Origin: Torpedo marmorata
Taxonomy: Eukaryota
Length of the DNA: 64,000 nucleotides
Assembly: GCA_977017645.1 (NCBI GenBank)
Contig: OZ360224.1
Span: forward strand, 151,156,001 to 151,220,000
Direction of reading: 5' to 3'
Shown: in pieces, positions 1 through 11,088 of the stretch
Position numbering within the stretch: the stretch's first letter is position 1
How the letters are laid out: each line of letters opens with the position of its first letter
Position numbers and translations under genes: made by a program
Notes under the pieces: generated by a model
What the model saw: the letters and a program-made list of their open reading frames with translations, nothing else
What the model was told of the DNA's origin: nothing
Databases searched by the model: none

Positions 1-720
1 GAATAACAAGGGAGATAGAAAAAGGGAGGTGGGAAGAAGCTAGGGAAGGGTAAGGGGTAATAGGATATTGGACAGAAGCTGGGAGAGGTGGAAACACAGG
101 TAGACCAAGAGAACAATGGATGGGAGAGGAGAGTCAAAGAGAAAATGCAAGACCCGTGGGAGGTATAGAAGAGATGAAAAAAGAGCAATCAGAAAGAGAT
201 GGGGGTTACCTAAAATTAGAAAAATTAATGTTAATGCTTTGGGTTTAAGGCTGTCCAGGAGGAATATATGTGTCGTTCCGCAAATTTACACTTAGCTTCA
301 CCCTGGCAATGGATAAGGCTGACGACAGACATGTCTGAATGGGAATGCTGAGAGGAATTGGCCACTGGGAGTTCAAACTTAGACCCACAGACAGAGCACA
401 GGTGTTCAGTGAAACAGTCGCCCAATTTGAATTTGGTCTTATCGACGTAAAGGCAGACACATCAAATACACGGATTGCGGTAGATTAAGTTGAACAATGT
501 GCATGCAAAGCCTGGAAGGTCTATTTGTGAATGAAGTGGGGAAGTGCTTAAGGGGGTGAAAGGGTAGGTTGGGAGAGAAGAACAGCAAAGGATGTCTTGT
601 AGAGACTGATCCCTGCAAAAAGCAGATAGGGGTAGGAAGGGGAAGATGTGGCTGGTGGTGAAAACACGCTGCAGTTGGTGTAAGTGCAAAGAGGATGTGA
701 CAGATTCAGGCTGTGGGGTG
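1..720 (-). mobile_element. Degenerate Penelope-like element, 3' part
   Basis: GDCFTEHLCSV...LPVAN resembles the GIY-YIG C-terminus GDRFAEHL...LPVASHF of the intact PLE at 39290-41032; boundaries approximate. Confidence 0.6.
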
Positions 721-1201
721 CCAAGTGAGGACAATTTTTTAATAAACATGGATTCCCCACGATCATTAGTAAAGCCGGTACCTGTATCTCCTCCATTTCT
801 TAGACATCCACCCTCAACCCACTTCCCCCCAGGAAGATCAAGGACAGAGTCCCTTTGCTCCTCACTTTCCACCCACCAGCCTCCACTTCTGCTAACTTCA
901 ACACAACCCCACCATCATAACATAGTTAAGACTTTCAGTATAAAATCACCGTTCTGCAGTTATATTTAGCATATATTAACAAATGCAAGTAACATCTGGG
1001 AGTTGTCAAAAATTCCTCAATAACAAGTTAACCTGTCATTGTGTTGTGCTTGTCAGTAAACTAACCAATTTTTGTTGTTTGAATGAAATTGATTGGGACT
1101 AAACAAAACTTCAGAAATTGCAACTTACTATCTTTAAGATCACACATGAGCCACAGAAAAGCTACCAATAGAAAAGTTTTAAAGAAGGGGCAAATATGTT
1201 A

Positions 1202-1396
<195 letters not shown>

Positions 1397-1474
1397 TCAT
1401 AATACATCCTCATTGATAAATGGTGAGAATAAATAGTTAAAACAGATCATCAACCCTAGTAACAAATACATGTA

Positions 1475-2853
1475 CAAGTCCTTATCCTTTTATCCAAAAT
1501 CCTTGGGACCGGACACTTTTCGGAATTCGCATTTTTTCGGATTATAGAATTATTTTAATGGTGGTACTTTTAAATACCGTATATTTTGGCGTATAAGTCG
1601 ACCGGCAGATAAGTCGACCCCCCTTTTTCAGCCTCATTTTAATGGTTTTATAGTATATCCGGCGTATAAGTCGACCCCAAAAAATCGCGATGCCTGACAT
1701 GTTGCGCATTGACCGGCGTATAAGTCGACCCCCAATTTTCAGGCTGTCTGGGCCTCCCAGCAACAACCCAAAATTTGTTACAACATCCCAATCGCCAAGT
1801 AACAAAGCTGTAAATTAAGCAAGTACCGGTAAGTAAAAAAACAGTAAAAAAAACCTTTGCTTCTGGCCGGGAAGATGCAGGTGCGGCGACGTCTTTCTCC
1901 TGAGCAGGTGCGGCGACGTCTTTCTCCCGAGCAGGAGCGGCGACGTCTTTCTCCCGAGCAGGAGCGGCGACGTCTTTCTCCCGAGCAGGAGCGGGGAGCT
2001 CGTTCTCCCGGGCAGGAGCGGGGAGCTCGTTCTCCCGGGCAGGAGCGGGGAGCTCGTTCTCCCGGGCAGGAGCGGGGAGCTCGTTCTCCCGGGTAGGAGC
2101 GGGGAGCTCGTTCTCTTGGGTAGGAGCGGTGACCTCGGGCTCTACAATTGTAGAATGTCTGGGTGGTTTATGGCGGCGCCCGGCGGTGGGGAGGTGTCGG
2201 GGAGCAGCGGCGCCGGCGGTGGGGAGGTGCTTCCAGGGTCAACCTATACGCCGAATCGTGTTTTCAGGGGTCGACTTATACGCCGAATCATGTTTTAAGG
2301 GGTCGACTTATACGCCGAATCGGCGTGAACTTGATTTTGAGCTGATTTTAAGGTCTCAAAAGTATATCCGGCGTATAAGTCGACCCCCGTTTTTTCAGAC
2401 ATTTTTGAGGGTCTCAAGGGTCGACTTATACGCCGAAATATATGGTAATTGCACAAAACAAAGACATACTCCAACTAGAAGGGTTTCTGGACGACGGCGT
2501 TGGATGGTGGAGGGTTGCGGCGGCGCTGGATTGGGGGGGTTGCGGTGGCGCTGGACGGGGGTGTTCCCGGTGGCGCTGGACGGGGTTGTTCGTAGCGACG
2601 CTGGACGGTGGGTGTTCGCGGCAGCGCTGAACAAGGGGGGTTCGCGGCGGTGCTGGACGGGAGGGTTGGTGGTAAATAAAGTGAGATAAAGATGCACCAT
2701 AAAATTACTAGCATACTTTTTATTTTTAAGTAAAACATATAGTAAAACTTCAAACATTAACTGGCTCAAACTAAGCTGAACATCTGAAAATATACTGGAA
2801 AAAATGTTCGGTTTTCAGGTTTTCGGAATTTCGGATAAAAGGATAAGCACCTG
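1475..2853. mobile_element. Tigger-like (pogo) MITE hosting a Passer MITE
   Basis: TA-flanked TIRs caagtccttatccttttatcc / ggataaaaggataagcacctg; internal ~25-bp G-rich repeat at 2490-2670. Confidence 0.75.
1577..2445 (+). mobile_element. Non-autonomous Passer-family element, copy 1
   Basis: TA TSD; TIR ccgtatatt(t/c)ggcgtataagtcgac shared with the autonomous element; about 9-10 units of the 27-bp repeat. Confidence 0.9.
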
Positions 2854-3002
2854 TACAACATTAAGAGACAAACTGGATGTAAAACTGCACCTTAAAATTA
2901 TTTTGGCCACCAGAGATGGATTTTCAAAAAAAAACATTAAGGATGATAAATGTGAGAATACAGTGATCAGGTTGCCCAATTTGGGAGACCTTGAAGAGAA
3001 AG

Positions 3003-3824
3003 TATAGTGACTTTTCAATCCAACAAATAGTCACTCGGAGGCTAGGTGAGATATCTGTTCTTGACGCGTTTCAATTAATTTACTAACAAGTCCAATAGGT
3101 TCAAAAACTTTATTTACACACGATGACTTGTAGCAATCTTCAATGACTTAAATATCTTCTTTAACGAAATATAAACAATTCTTTTTTTAAAAATATTTTA
3201 TTTAAAATTTTTAATCACACGATAGTGCATGTTTACAAACTTCAAAATTATCAAAATACATGTGATATATTTTCACCCTGCCCTCCCTCCCTTCTCCCTC
3301 CCTAACCCACCCACCCCTACTATTCTAATAAAATAAAGAGAAAAGAGAAAAAAAAAGAATGTGGCGAACGTCAATGTAAAAGAAAAAACTATACATTAAT
3401 TTTATTGAGGAACAAACAATTCTTGATAACGATGCTTAATAACGTTTCTTTAAAAGGTCTTTAAACTTCCCTTAAAACGATTCTTGATTAAAACCATTCT
3501 TTCTAACGCTTCTTTAAATGGTCAATGAAAGCTATGGCGATCTCACTCACTCTCCTCTAGGTCGCCATATTCTTATAATACTTCTTCTCTGATTAACGCG
3601 CATGCTCCACCGCGCATACTCCACCGCGCATACTCCACCCACTTCCACATTGCGCATGCTCCAGCCACTTCCCCTCTGCGCATGCGCCAGTCGGCACTCC
3701 CACACATGCGCAGAGTACTCAATAGGCCTAGCATGGCCTACTAATCTCCGTAACTTCTCCGAAACCCACTGGATACATCGGAACGCCGCGATGAAGGTAA
3801 GTAACCAAGCCTATGGCTCTTACA
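3003..3824 (-). repeat. 3' LTR of the BEL/Pao element, interrupted by an L1 3' UTR fragment
   Basis: Aligns with 15495-16073 apart from the 3184-3413 insert; starts TGTAAGAG on the minus strand. Confidence 0.88.
3184..3413 (-). mobile_element. L1 family A 3' UTR fragment
   Basis: Matches the 3' ends of other family A copies; TSD aaacaattctt; absent from the other LTR. Confidence 0.8.
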
Positions 3825-5103
3825 CCGGCCCCTAATTATTATAACGAGACGCAATGTCTTAAATAATAATTACACAATCAATTACAAATAACAATAACCA
3901 TATAACATTCATACAATATACAAATCTTCTTTCTTCACAAGACCAGAGTTTACCATAACTCTGGATCAATAAAAGTCTGTAACCTGTGTAGTATACAACA
4001 ACAAAATAAAGTCAGTTTGTATTTATCAGTTATTTTATCTCCAGAATCTTTGAGTTAAAACGTTGACCAGTAAACCTCAAATCTTCCTCAGACAAAATAG
4101 ATAGTTTTTCTTTTGAATTTAACACAAGGTACTTCTTCAGCATGTCGTTTCTCATATGAAGAATTTAAACTCTTAGAACCAGAATTTGAATATTTATCTG
4201 AACCTCTCGATTTTAATAAACTAGTCTCTATAACCTTTCCTGCATTCAATTCTTTCAATAAGAAAGTACTTCTCTCATTATCTTCCAAGAAATTAATAAC
4301 TTGATCTGAAGTGAAAATATCATGTGATACATTGGTACTTCTGTTGTCAACCCTGCTGTGGTAAACTTGAAATTTTTGAATTTGTTCATCTTGCTTGTTA
4401 CATTGCTGCAATGCAATATCACTTTTTTTCTGCATTGTTAATAGCTGAACCTTCAATTTACATTCTTGATAGTTTTCTATAATCAACTGTTTTATGTTAT
4501 TAACCAATAACTTGATCTCTTTCAAAATATTAATCTCTTCCTCCAACCTTTTACATCTTGATAATGCTGAATCTCTTTTTCAATAACTGTATTTATTTCT
4601 TCAGCAGTTATTCTTTTCTTCAGCTTTCTGACTTTGCGAATTTTATTTACAATTAAATCTTTCTGTTTATTGTTTTCATGATTATCCAATATTTCCAATT
4701 CCCCTTTCAACATTTTGTTCTCTGAATTCAATTGCATTAAATTATCATTCACATTCTTCTTTATTCCATCAGCACAATTTTCTGTGTTCTCCAGGTTTAC
4801 ATCATGTTGCAACATTTCTTCATTGACTTTGTCTGCTGCAACATCCGAACTACAAAATCAACTACCAAATTTGTTCTCAGTCACTTCTTTTATTCCTGCC
4901 TCTGATTCAATTACACAGGAATAATCACTAGTATTATTTGCAACATCTTCTAATACTTCATTTTCATCCATTTCTGATGAACATAATTCCTTCAATGTTG
5001 TTTTAAATACCTTTGATTTATTTTCACATTGATCTGTTTTTCTTTGCTTCAAAAGTGACTTTCTTATTCACAGTCTTTTGCTCTTCCCTTAACTCATCAA
5101 CTT

Positions 5104-7132
5104 TCACAACCGAAATCCTGTTATATTTATCGCTAACTGTTCCTGTGCAATATCATTATTTCTTTCCAATGGTCCATTAATTGTCCAACCAAGCTTGGTT
5201 CTAACAGCGCAAGGTCCATTCCCTCTACTCTGTATTACTTCTCGTGGTTCCAAAACCTTTGGTACATCTGAACCAATCAGCATTTCAGAATCAGAATCAG
5301 AATCAGAATTTATTGTCATGAACAAGTCATGAAATTCGGTGTTTTGCGACAGCATCATAGTGCAATTAACATTCATATTAACCATCTTACGACATTACTA
5401 TAAAAAATTATAAATAATAGTGCACGAAAAGTAAGGCAGTGTCTTTGGTTCATTGATTATTCAGGAATCTGATGGCAGCGGGGAAGAATCTGTCCTTGTG
5501 CCGTTGAGTGCTCATCTTTAGGCTCCTGTACCTTTTTCCCAATTGAAGCAGAGTGAAGAGGGTGTGGCCTGGGTGGTGGGGGTCTTTGAGGATAGAGGCT
5601 GCTTTTTTAAGACACCGCCTCATGTAGATGTCCTCGATGGAGTGAAGTTTGGTGCCTGTGATGTCACAGGCCGAGTTAACAACCCTCTGGAGTTTACTCT
5701 TGTCCTGAGAGTTAGCGCCTCCATACCAGGCAGTGATGCAACCAGCCAGAATGCTCTCCACGGTACACCTGTAGAAGTTTACGAGAGTCTTCGGTGACAT
5801 ACCGAATCTCCTCAGACACCTCACAAAGTATAGCCGCTAACGAGCCTTCTTTGTGATTGCATCAACGTGGAGGCTCCAGGACAGATCCTCTGAGATGTTG
5901 ACACCCAGGAATTTGAAGTTCTTGACCCTCTCCACTACTGAGCCCTCGATGAGGACTGGGTCATGTTCCCCTGACTTCCTCCTGAAGTCCACAATCATCT
6001 CCTTGGTTTTGCTGACATTGAGCTCAAGGTTGTTGTCGTTACACCATTCAACGAGCTGATCTATCTCCCTCCTGTACGCTTTCTCATTGCCGTTTGTGAT
6101 TCTGCTGACAACTGTGGTGTCATCGGCAAACTTGTAGATGGCATTGGAATTGTGCCTGGCCACACAGTCATGGGTGTATAACGAGTAGAGCAGTGGACTA
6201 AGCACGCATCCTTGGGCTGCGTCTGTTTTGATAATCAGTGAGGATGAGACGTTGTTTCCAATTCGTACTGACTGTAGTCTTCCGATGAGAAAGTCAAGGA
6301 TCCAGTTGCAGAGTGGGGTACAGAGGCCGAGAGTTTGTAGCTTCTTGACCAGCAATGAGGGAATAATTCTATGGCAGAGTTAACTTCAGGTAAATAAACC
6401 TTCCACAGATAAGACAAATTATGGAAATCATTTTGATGCGGAATGTTTCCTTCGTGCACAGGCATAGTCTTCTCAGTATATAAACTTGGAAGATCACAAA
6501 ATTTTTCATCATCCAATCCAGCAACCTCTAAGCCTGAAACAATGCTGGTTTCAATGACCTTTTCTTGTCCCATGGTTTTCAACATAATTCTTGACCTTCT
6601 TCTTTGAATATTAAGTTTGTTCATTAGTCCTTCCGTGCAAAAAGATGCAGTGCTGCCTGGGTCGAGAATACATATGTATGTACTGTTGCATCCCCTTTCT
6701 TGGTCTTGACTTGTATAGGCACTATTGAAAGTTTGCAGTTATCCATACCGGCCCCAGTAAGACCAATTGTCTGAACCGAGGTTAACATTGTTTTCTGATG
6801 TTTCTTTTGTTTCTGTTTGCTCCTTTTCCAATTCCTTCTTTCTTTGATGGATATGCAGCATTCTAGGTTGCTTCAAGTTGCATATGTTACAGTTAATTTG
6901 CTTCTCGCAGTTTTTACTGATGTGCCCTTTACACAGACAGCTAAAACATATTCCATTCTCCTTTAAGAAAGCGATCTTCTCATTATGTTACTTCTTTTCC
7001 AACCGTAAACACATTTCCAAAGCATGTCCACCTTTACAGAACAAACAACTCTTCTCATTAGTCAAACTTTCCTTTTCCTTATTTACTTTATCTTTTTCTT
7101 TATTTATAACTGACACATTAGTAGCAAAAGTA
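5104..7132 (-). pseudogene. BEL/Pao gag zinc knuckles and aspartic protease, interrupted by Rex1
   Basis: CLFCKGGH, CFSCLCKGHISKNC, FLDPGSTASFC; IEL|[12 protein letters not shown] is split by the LINE insertion. Confidence 0.8.
5283..6362 (-). mobile_element. Rex1/Babar-type LINE, 5'-truncated
   Basis: [18 protein letters not shown]...KFADD; C-terminal HPGHTLF...RFFPAAIR; (ttctga)n tail. Confidence 0.85.
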
Positions 7133-7154
7133 CCGTATTTTTTTTTATTAAATA

Positions 7155-8617
7155 CCGTATATTTCGGCGTATAAGTCGACCCTTGAAACCCTCAAAAATG
7201 TCTCAAAAAACGGGGGTCGACTTATACGCCGGATATACTTTTGAGACCTTAAAATCAGCTCAAAATCGAGTTCACGCCGATTCGGCGTATAAGTCGACCC
7301 CTGAAAACACGATTCGGCGTATAGGTCGACCCCTGAAAACACGATTCGGCGTATAGGTCGACCCTGGAAGCGCCTCCCCACTGCCGGCGCCGCCGCTCCC
7401 CGACACCTCCCCACCGCCGGGCGCCGCCATAAACCACCCACACATTCTACAATTGTAGAGCCCGAGGTCCCCGCTCCTGCCTGGGAGAACGAGCTCCCCG
7501 CTCCTGCCCAGGAGAACAAGCTCCCCGCTCCTGCTCGGGAGAACGAGCTCCCCGCTCCTGCTCGGGAGAACGAGCTCCCCGCTCCTGCTCGGGAGAACGA
7601 GCTCCCCGCTCCTGCCTGGGAGATCGAGCTCCCCGCTCCTGCCTGGGAGAACGAGCTCCCCGCTCCTGCTCGGGAGAACGAGCTCCCCGCTACTGCTCGG
7701 GAGATCGAGCACCCCGCTCCTGCCCGGGAGATCGAGCTCCCCGCTCCTGCTCGGGAGAACGAGCTCCCCGCTACTGCTCGGGAGATCGAGCTCCCCGCTC
7801 CTGCCCGGGAGATCGAGCTCCCCGCTCCTGCTCGGGTGAACGAGCTCCCCGCTACTGCTCGGGAGATCGAGCACCCCGCTACTGCCTGGGAGAACGAGCT
7901 CCCCGCTCCTGCCTGGGAGAACGAGCTCCCGCTACTGCTTGGGAGATCGAGCACCCCGCTCCTGCCCGGGAGAACGAGCTCCCCGCTCCTGCCCGGGAGA
8001 ACGAGCTCCCCGCTACTGCTCGGGAGAACGAGCTCCCCGCTCCTGCCTGGGAGAACGAGCTCCCCGCTACTGCCTGGGAGAACGAGCTCCCCGCTACTGC
8101 CTGGGAGAACGAGCTCCCCGCTACTGCCTGGGAGAACGAGCTCCCCGCTACTGCCTGGGAGAACGAGCTCCCCGCTCCTGCTCGGGAGAACGAGCTCCCC
8201 GCTCCTGCTCGGGAGAACGAGCTCCCCACTACTGCCTGGGAGAACGAGCTCCCCGCTCCTGCCTGGGAGAACGAGCTCCCCGCTCCTGCCTGGGAGAACG
8301 AGCTCCCCGTTCCTGCCTGGGAGAACGAGCTCCCCGCTACTGCTCGGGAGAATGAGTCCCCGCTCCTGCTCGGGAGAAAGACGTCGCCGCACCTGCATCT
8401 TCCCGGCCAGAAGCAAAGGTTTATTTTACTGTTTTTTTTACTTACCGGTACTTGCTTAATTTACAGTCGACTTATACGCCGGTCAATGCGCAACATCTCA
8501 GGCATCGAGATTTTTGGGGTCGACTTATACGCCGGATATACCATAAAACCATTAAAATGAGGCTGAAAAAGGGGGGTCGACTTATACGCCGGTCGACTTA
8601 TACGCCGAAATATACGG
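7155..8617 (-). mobile_element. Non-autonomous Passer-family element, copy 2 (expanded minisatellite)
   Basis: Perfect TIRs and TA TSD; about 34 units of the 27-bp repeat at 7465-8400. Confidence 0.92.
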
Positions 8618-8962
8618 TATTTTATTTAAAATTTTAAATCACAAAATACAAAGAATAAAATATAAAATTATCAAAAATACTTGTGGTACATTGTCACCCC
8701 CCCCCCCACCCTCCCCTCCCCAACCCTCCCAACCCCACTAATCTAATAAAATAGTTAAAAAAAAGGAAGAACTAGAAAAGAAAAAGATATGGTAAGGAGA
8801 ATGTCAATCTAATAAATACATCTATAAACTAATTCTATTATGGAGGTTAGGTAGCCAGTAGATCCAATGTCCAGAGATCTTCAAATCCTTTAGCCAACAA
8901 CTTTCATATAAGGGCTCCATATTTTTAAAAAGAAATAATATTTATTCCGTAAGTTATAAGTA

Positions 8963-11088
8963 CCGTATATTTCGGCGTATAAGTCGACCCTTGAAACCCT
9001 CAAAAATGTCTCAAAAAACGGGGGTCGACTTATACGCCGGATATACTTTTGAGACCTTAAATTCAGCTCAAAATCGAGTTCACGCCGATCCGGCGTATGT
9101 CGACCCCTGAAAACACGATTCGGCGTATAAGTCGACCCCTGAAAACACGATTCGGCGTATAAGTCGACCCCTGAAAACACGATTCGGCGTATAAGTCGAC
9201 CCCTGAAAAACCAAAAAAAAACCCGACTGCAACAAATTTTCATTGACATTTTAATTGAAAACAACAAGACATTTAGAACCCTTCAAAATCACTTTCGCTA
9301 TCATCGTCTGAGGCAAAGATCTCGGCAAGCACATCCGGGGTCTCACTGTTTAAACAGTCATCGTACGGGTCCCAGTCTGTATCTGATGAGGTGGCTTCAG
9401 CTTCGTCGTCAGTGTCCCACAATAAATCATCTTCCGTACCATCAATTGCACAAGAGATACCGCACTTTTTTAAAGATTTTATTATAGTCTCTACTTTCAC
9501 TTTGTCCCATGCCTTGAGCACGAAGTCACACAGCACATCAAGCGATACAGCACGCATTGCCCCGCCTTTTGTAAATGATTTTTCTGCACTCGTCATCCAT
9601 GTATTCCACTCTTCACGCACGTGGTCTTTGAATGGCTTGTTCAAGCAGACATCGAGAGGTTGCAATATAGACGTCAAACCACCCGGGATAACCGCCATGT
9701 GAGTATTATGTTGTGCTAATGTACTTTTAGTCTTCTCAGTTAAGTGGCTACGAAACATATCCCAGACCAGCAAACTCCGTTCCTTGCGTAAACCGCCTGG
9801 CCGCCTGTTCCACACATTGTCTATCCATAGTTTTACACCATTTTCATCCATCCATCCTTTTTCATGAAAATGTACAAAAATACCTGCTGGGAAATTTATT
9901 TTAGGTTTAAGTTTGCGCTTGAAAATTACCATGGGTCTTAACTTTGTCCCGTCGGCCATGCACGATAACACCACAGTAAACCTGGTCCTTTCATGTCCTG
10001 TACTCCTGGTTTGCACAGTTTTCACACCTTTCCATTCCACTGTTCTATTGCCTATCATGTCAAAATTCATGGGGGTTTCGTCCATGTTTCCAATATTTGC
10101 CAATGCAAACTTGTGTTTCTTCCGGTTACCTAAAATAAACTGGTGAAAACTTACAACTTTATGATCAAGATCTTTTGGTAGTTTCTGAGCAATTTTAGTT
10201 TTTTGTCGTAATACCAGATTTTTCCTGTTCATAAAACGGTTGCACCAGCCTACTGAAGCTTCAAAATCATTACTGAGTTCTGGGTGCGATTTTGCCCAGT
10301 TCAGTGCAAATGCTCTTATTTTATTTCGGGTGACTATGTAGCAATCTTGCCTCTGTTCACGTACCCATGCTGCTACATGATTTTCCAACTCTGGCCAACG
10401 AGTGATTCCTCTTCTCATGGAACATTGCCTTTTTGGTATTTTTCTTAAAGTATCTTCTTTCTTCCTCCAATCTCTTACCAACTTCTCATATATATCAAAT
10501 TTTCTTGCAGCAGCACAGTTGTTGGTTTTCTTGGCCATTTCTATTACTTTCAATTTAAAACTCGCCTCATACTTTCGTCGTTTCAATTGAGCCTTCAATG
10601 GAGCCTCCATGATAACAATCACCTCCAGCCAACGCCCAGCAGCTCAATGATCGCGATCGTTGTGGGTCGACCTATACACCGGTCAACGCCCAGCAGCTCA
10701 ATGATCGCGATCGTTATGGGTCGACCTATACGCCGGTCAACGCCCAGCAGCTCAATGATCGCGATCGTTATGGGTCGATCTATACGCCAGTCAACGCCCA
10801 GCAGCTCAATGATCTCGATCGGTGTGGGTCGATCTATACGCCAGTCAACGGCCAGCAGCTCAATCATCGCGTTTTTTGAGGGTCGACCTATACGCCGGTC
10901 AACGCCCAGCAGCTCAATCATCGCGTTTTTTGAGGGTCGACTTATACGCCGGTCAATGCGCAACATCTCAGGCATCGCGTTTTTTGGGGGTCGACTTATA
11001 CGCCGGATATACCATAAAACCATTAAAATGAGGCTGAAAAAGGGGGGTCGACTTATCTGCCGGTCGACTTATACGCCGAAATATACGG
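8963..11088 (-). mobile_element. Autonomous pogo-superfamily (Passer/POGK-like, DD35D) DNA transposon
   Basis: Perfect TIR ccgtatatttcggcgtataagtcgacc; TA duplication inside L1 ORF2 (EKIT|YNLR); single intact transposase ORF. Confidence 0.93.
9273..10610 (-). CDS. Pogo/Passer DD35D transposase (Brinker-type DBD, CENP-B-type HTH, DDE_1), 445 aa from the ATG
   Basis: YEASFKLKVI...AAARKF; FEASVGWCNRFM; NMDET / LVWD / QPLD with 35 residues between the second and third D; no stops. Confidence 0.92.
   Translation of the reverse strand: MEAPLKAQLKRRKYEASFKLKVIEMAKKTNNCAAARKFDIYEKLVRDWRKKEDTLRKIPKRQCSMRRGITRWPELENHVAAWVREQRQDCYIVTRNKIRAFALNWAKSHPELSNDFEASVGWCNRFMNRKNLVLRQKTKIAQKLPKDLDHKVVSFHQFILGNRKKHKFALANIGNMDETPMNFDMIGNRTVEWKGVKTVQTRSTGHERTRFTVVLSCMADGTKLRPMVIFKRKLKPKINFPAGIFVHFHEKGWMDENGVKLWIDNVWNRRPGGLRKERSLLVWDMFRSHLTEKTKSTLAQHNTHMAVIPGGLTSILQPLDVCLNKPFKDHVREEWNTWMTSAEKSFTKGGAMRAVSLDVLCDFVLKAWDKVKVETIIKSLKKCGISCAIDGTEDDLLWDTDDEAEATSSDTDWDPYDDCLNSETPDVLAEIFASDDDSESDFEGF

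Noticed and set aside
4088-5052. Retroviral env or captured host coiled-coil gene
   Set aside because: No signal peptide, furin site or transmembrane segment is visible, and faint Pao pol remnants suggest a degenerate pol.
7465-8400. CRISPR-like appearance of a hairpin-forming repeat
   Set aside because: Units are contiguous with no unique spacers, there are no cas genes, and the context is a eukaryotic intron.
7148-8459. Long ORFs (422, 207 and 200 aa) with ELVLPGRSG / SSFSRAGAG repeats
   Set aside because: These arise from a stop-free 27-bp repeat that is open in several frames on both strands; starts are non-ATG and length differs between copies.
9273-10610. Domesticated POGK gene
   Set aside because: There is no KRAB exon, and the ORF retains perfect TIRs and a TA TSD inside a young L1, so it is a transposon.
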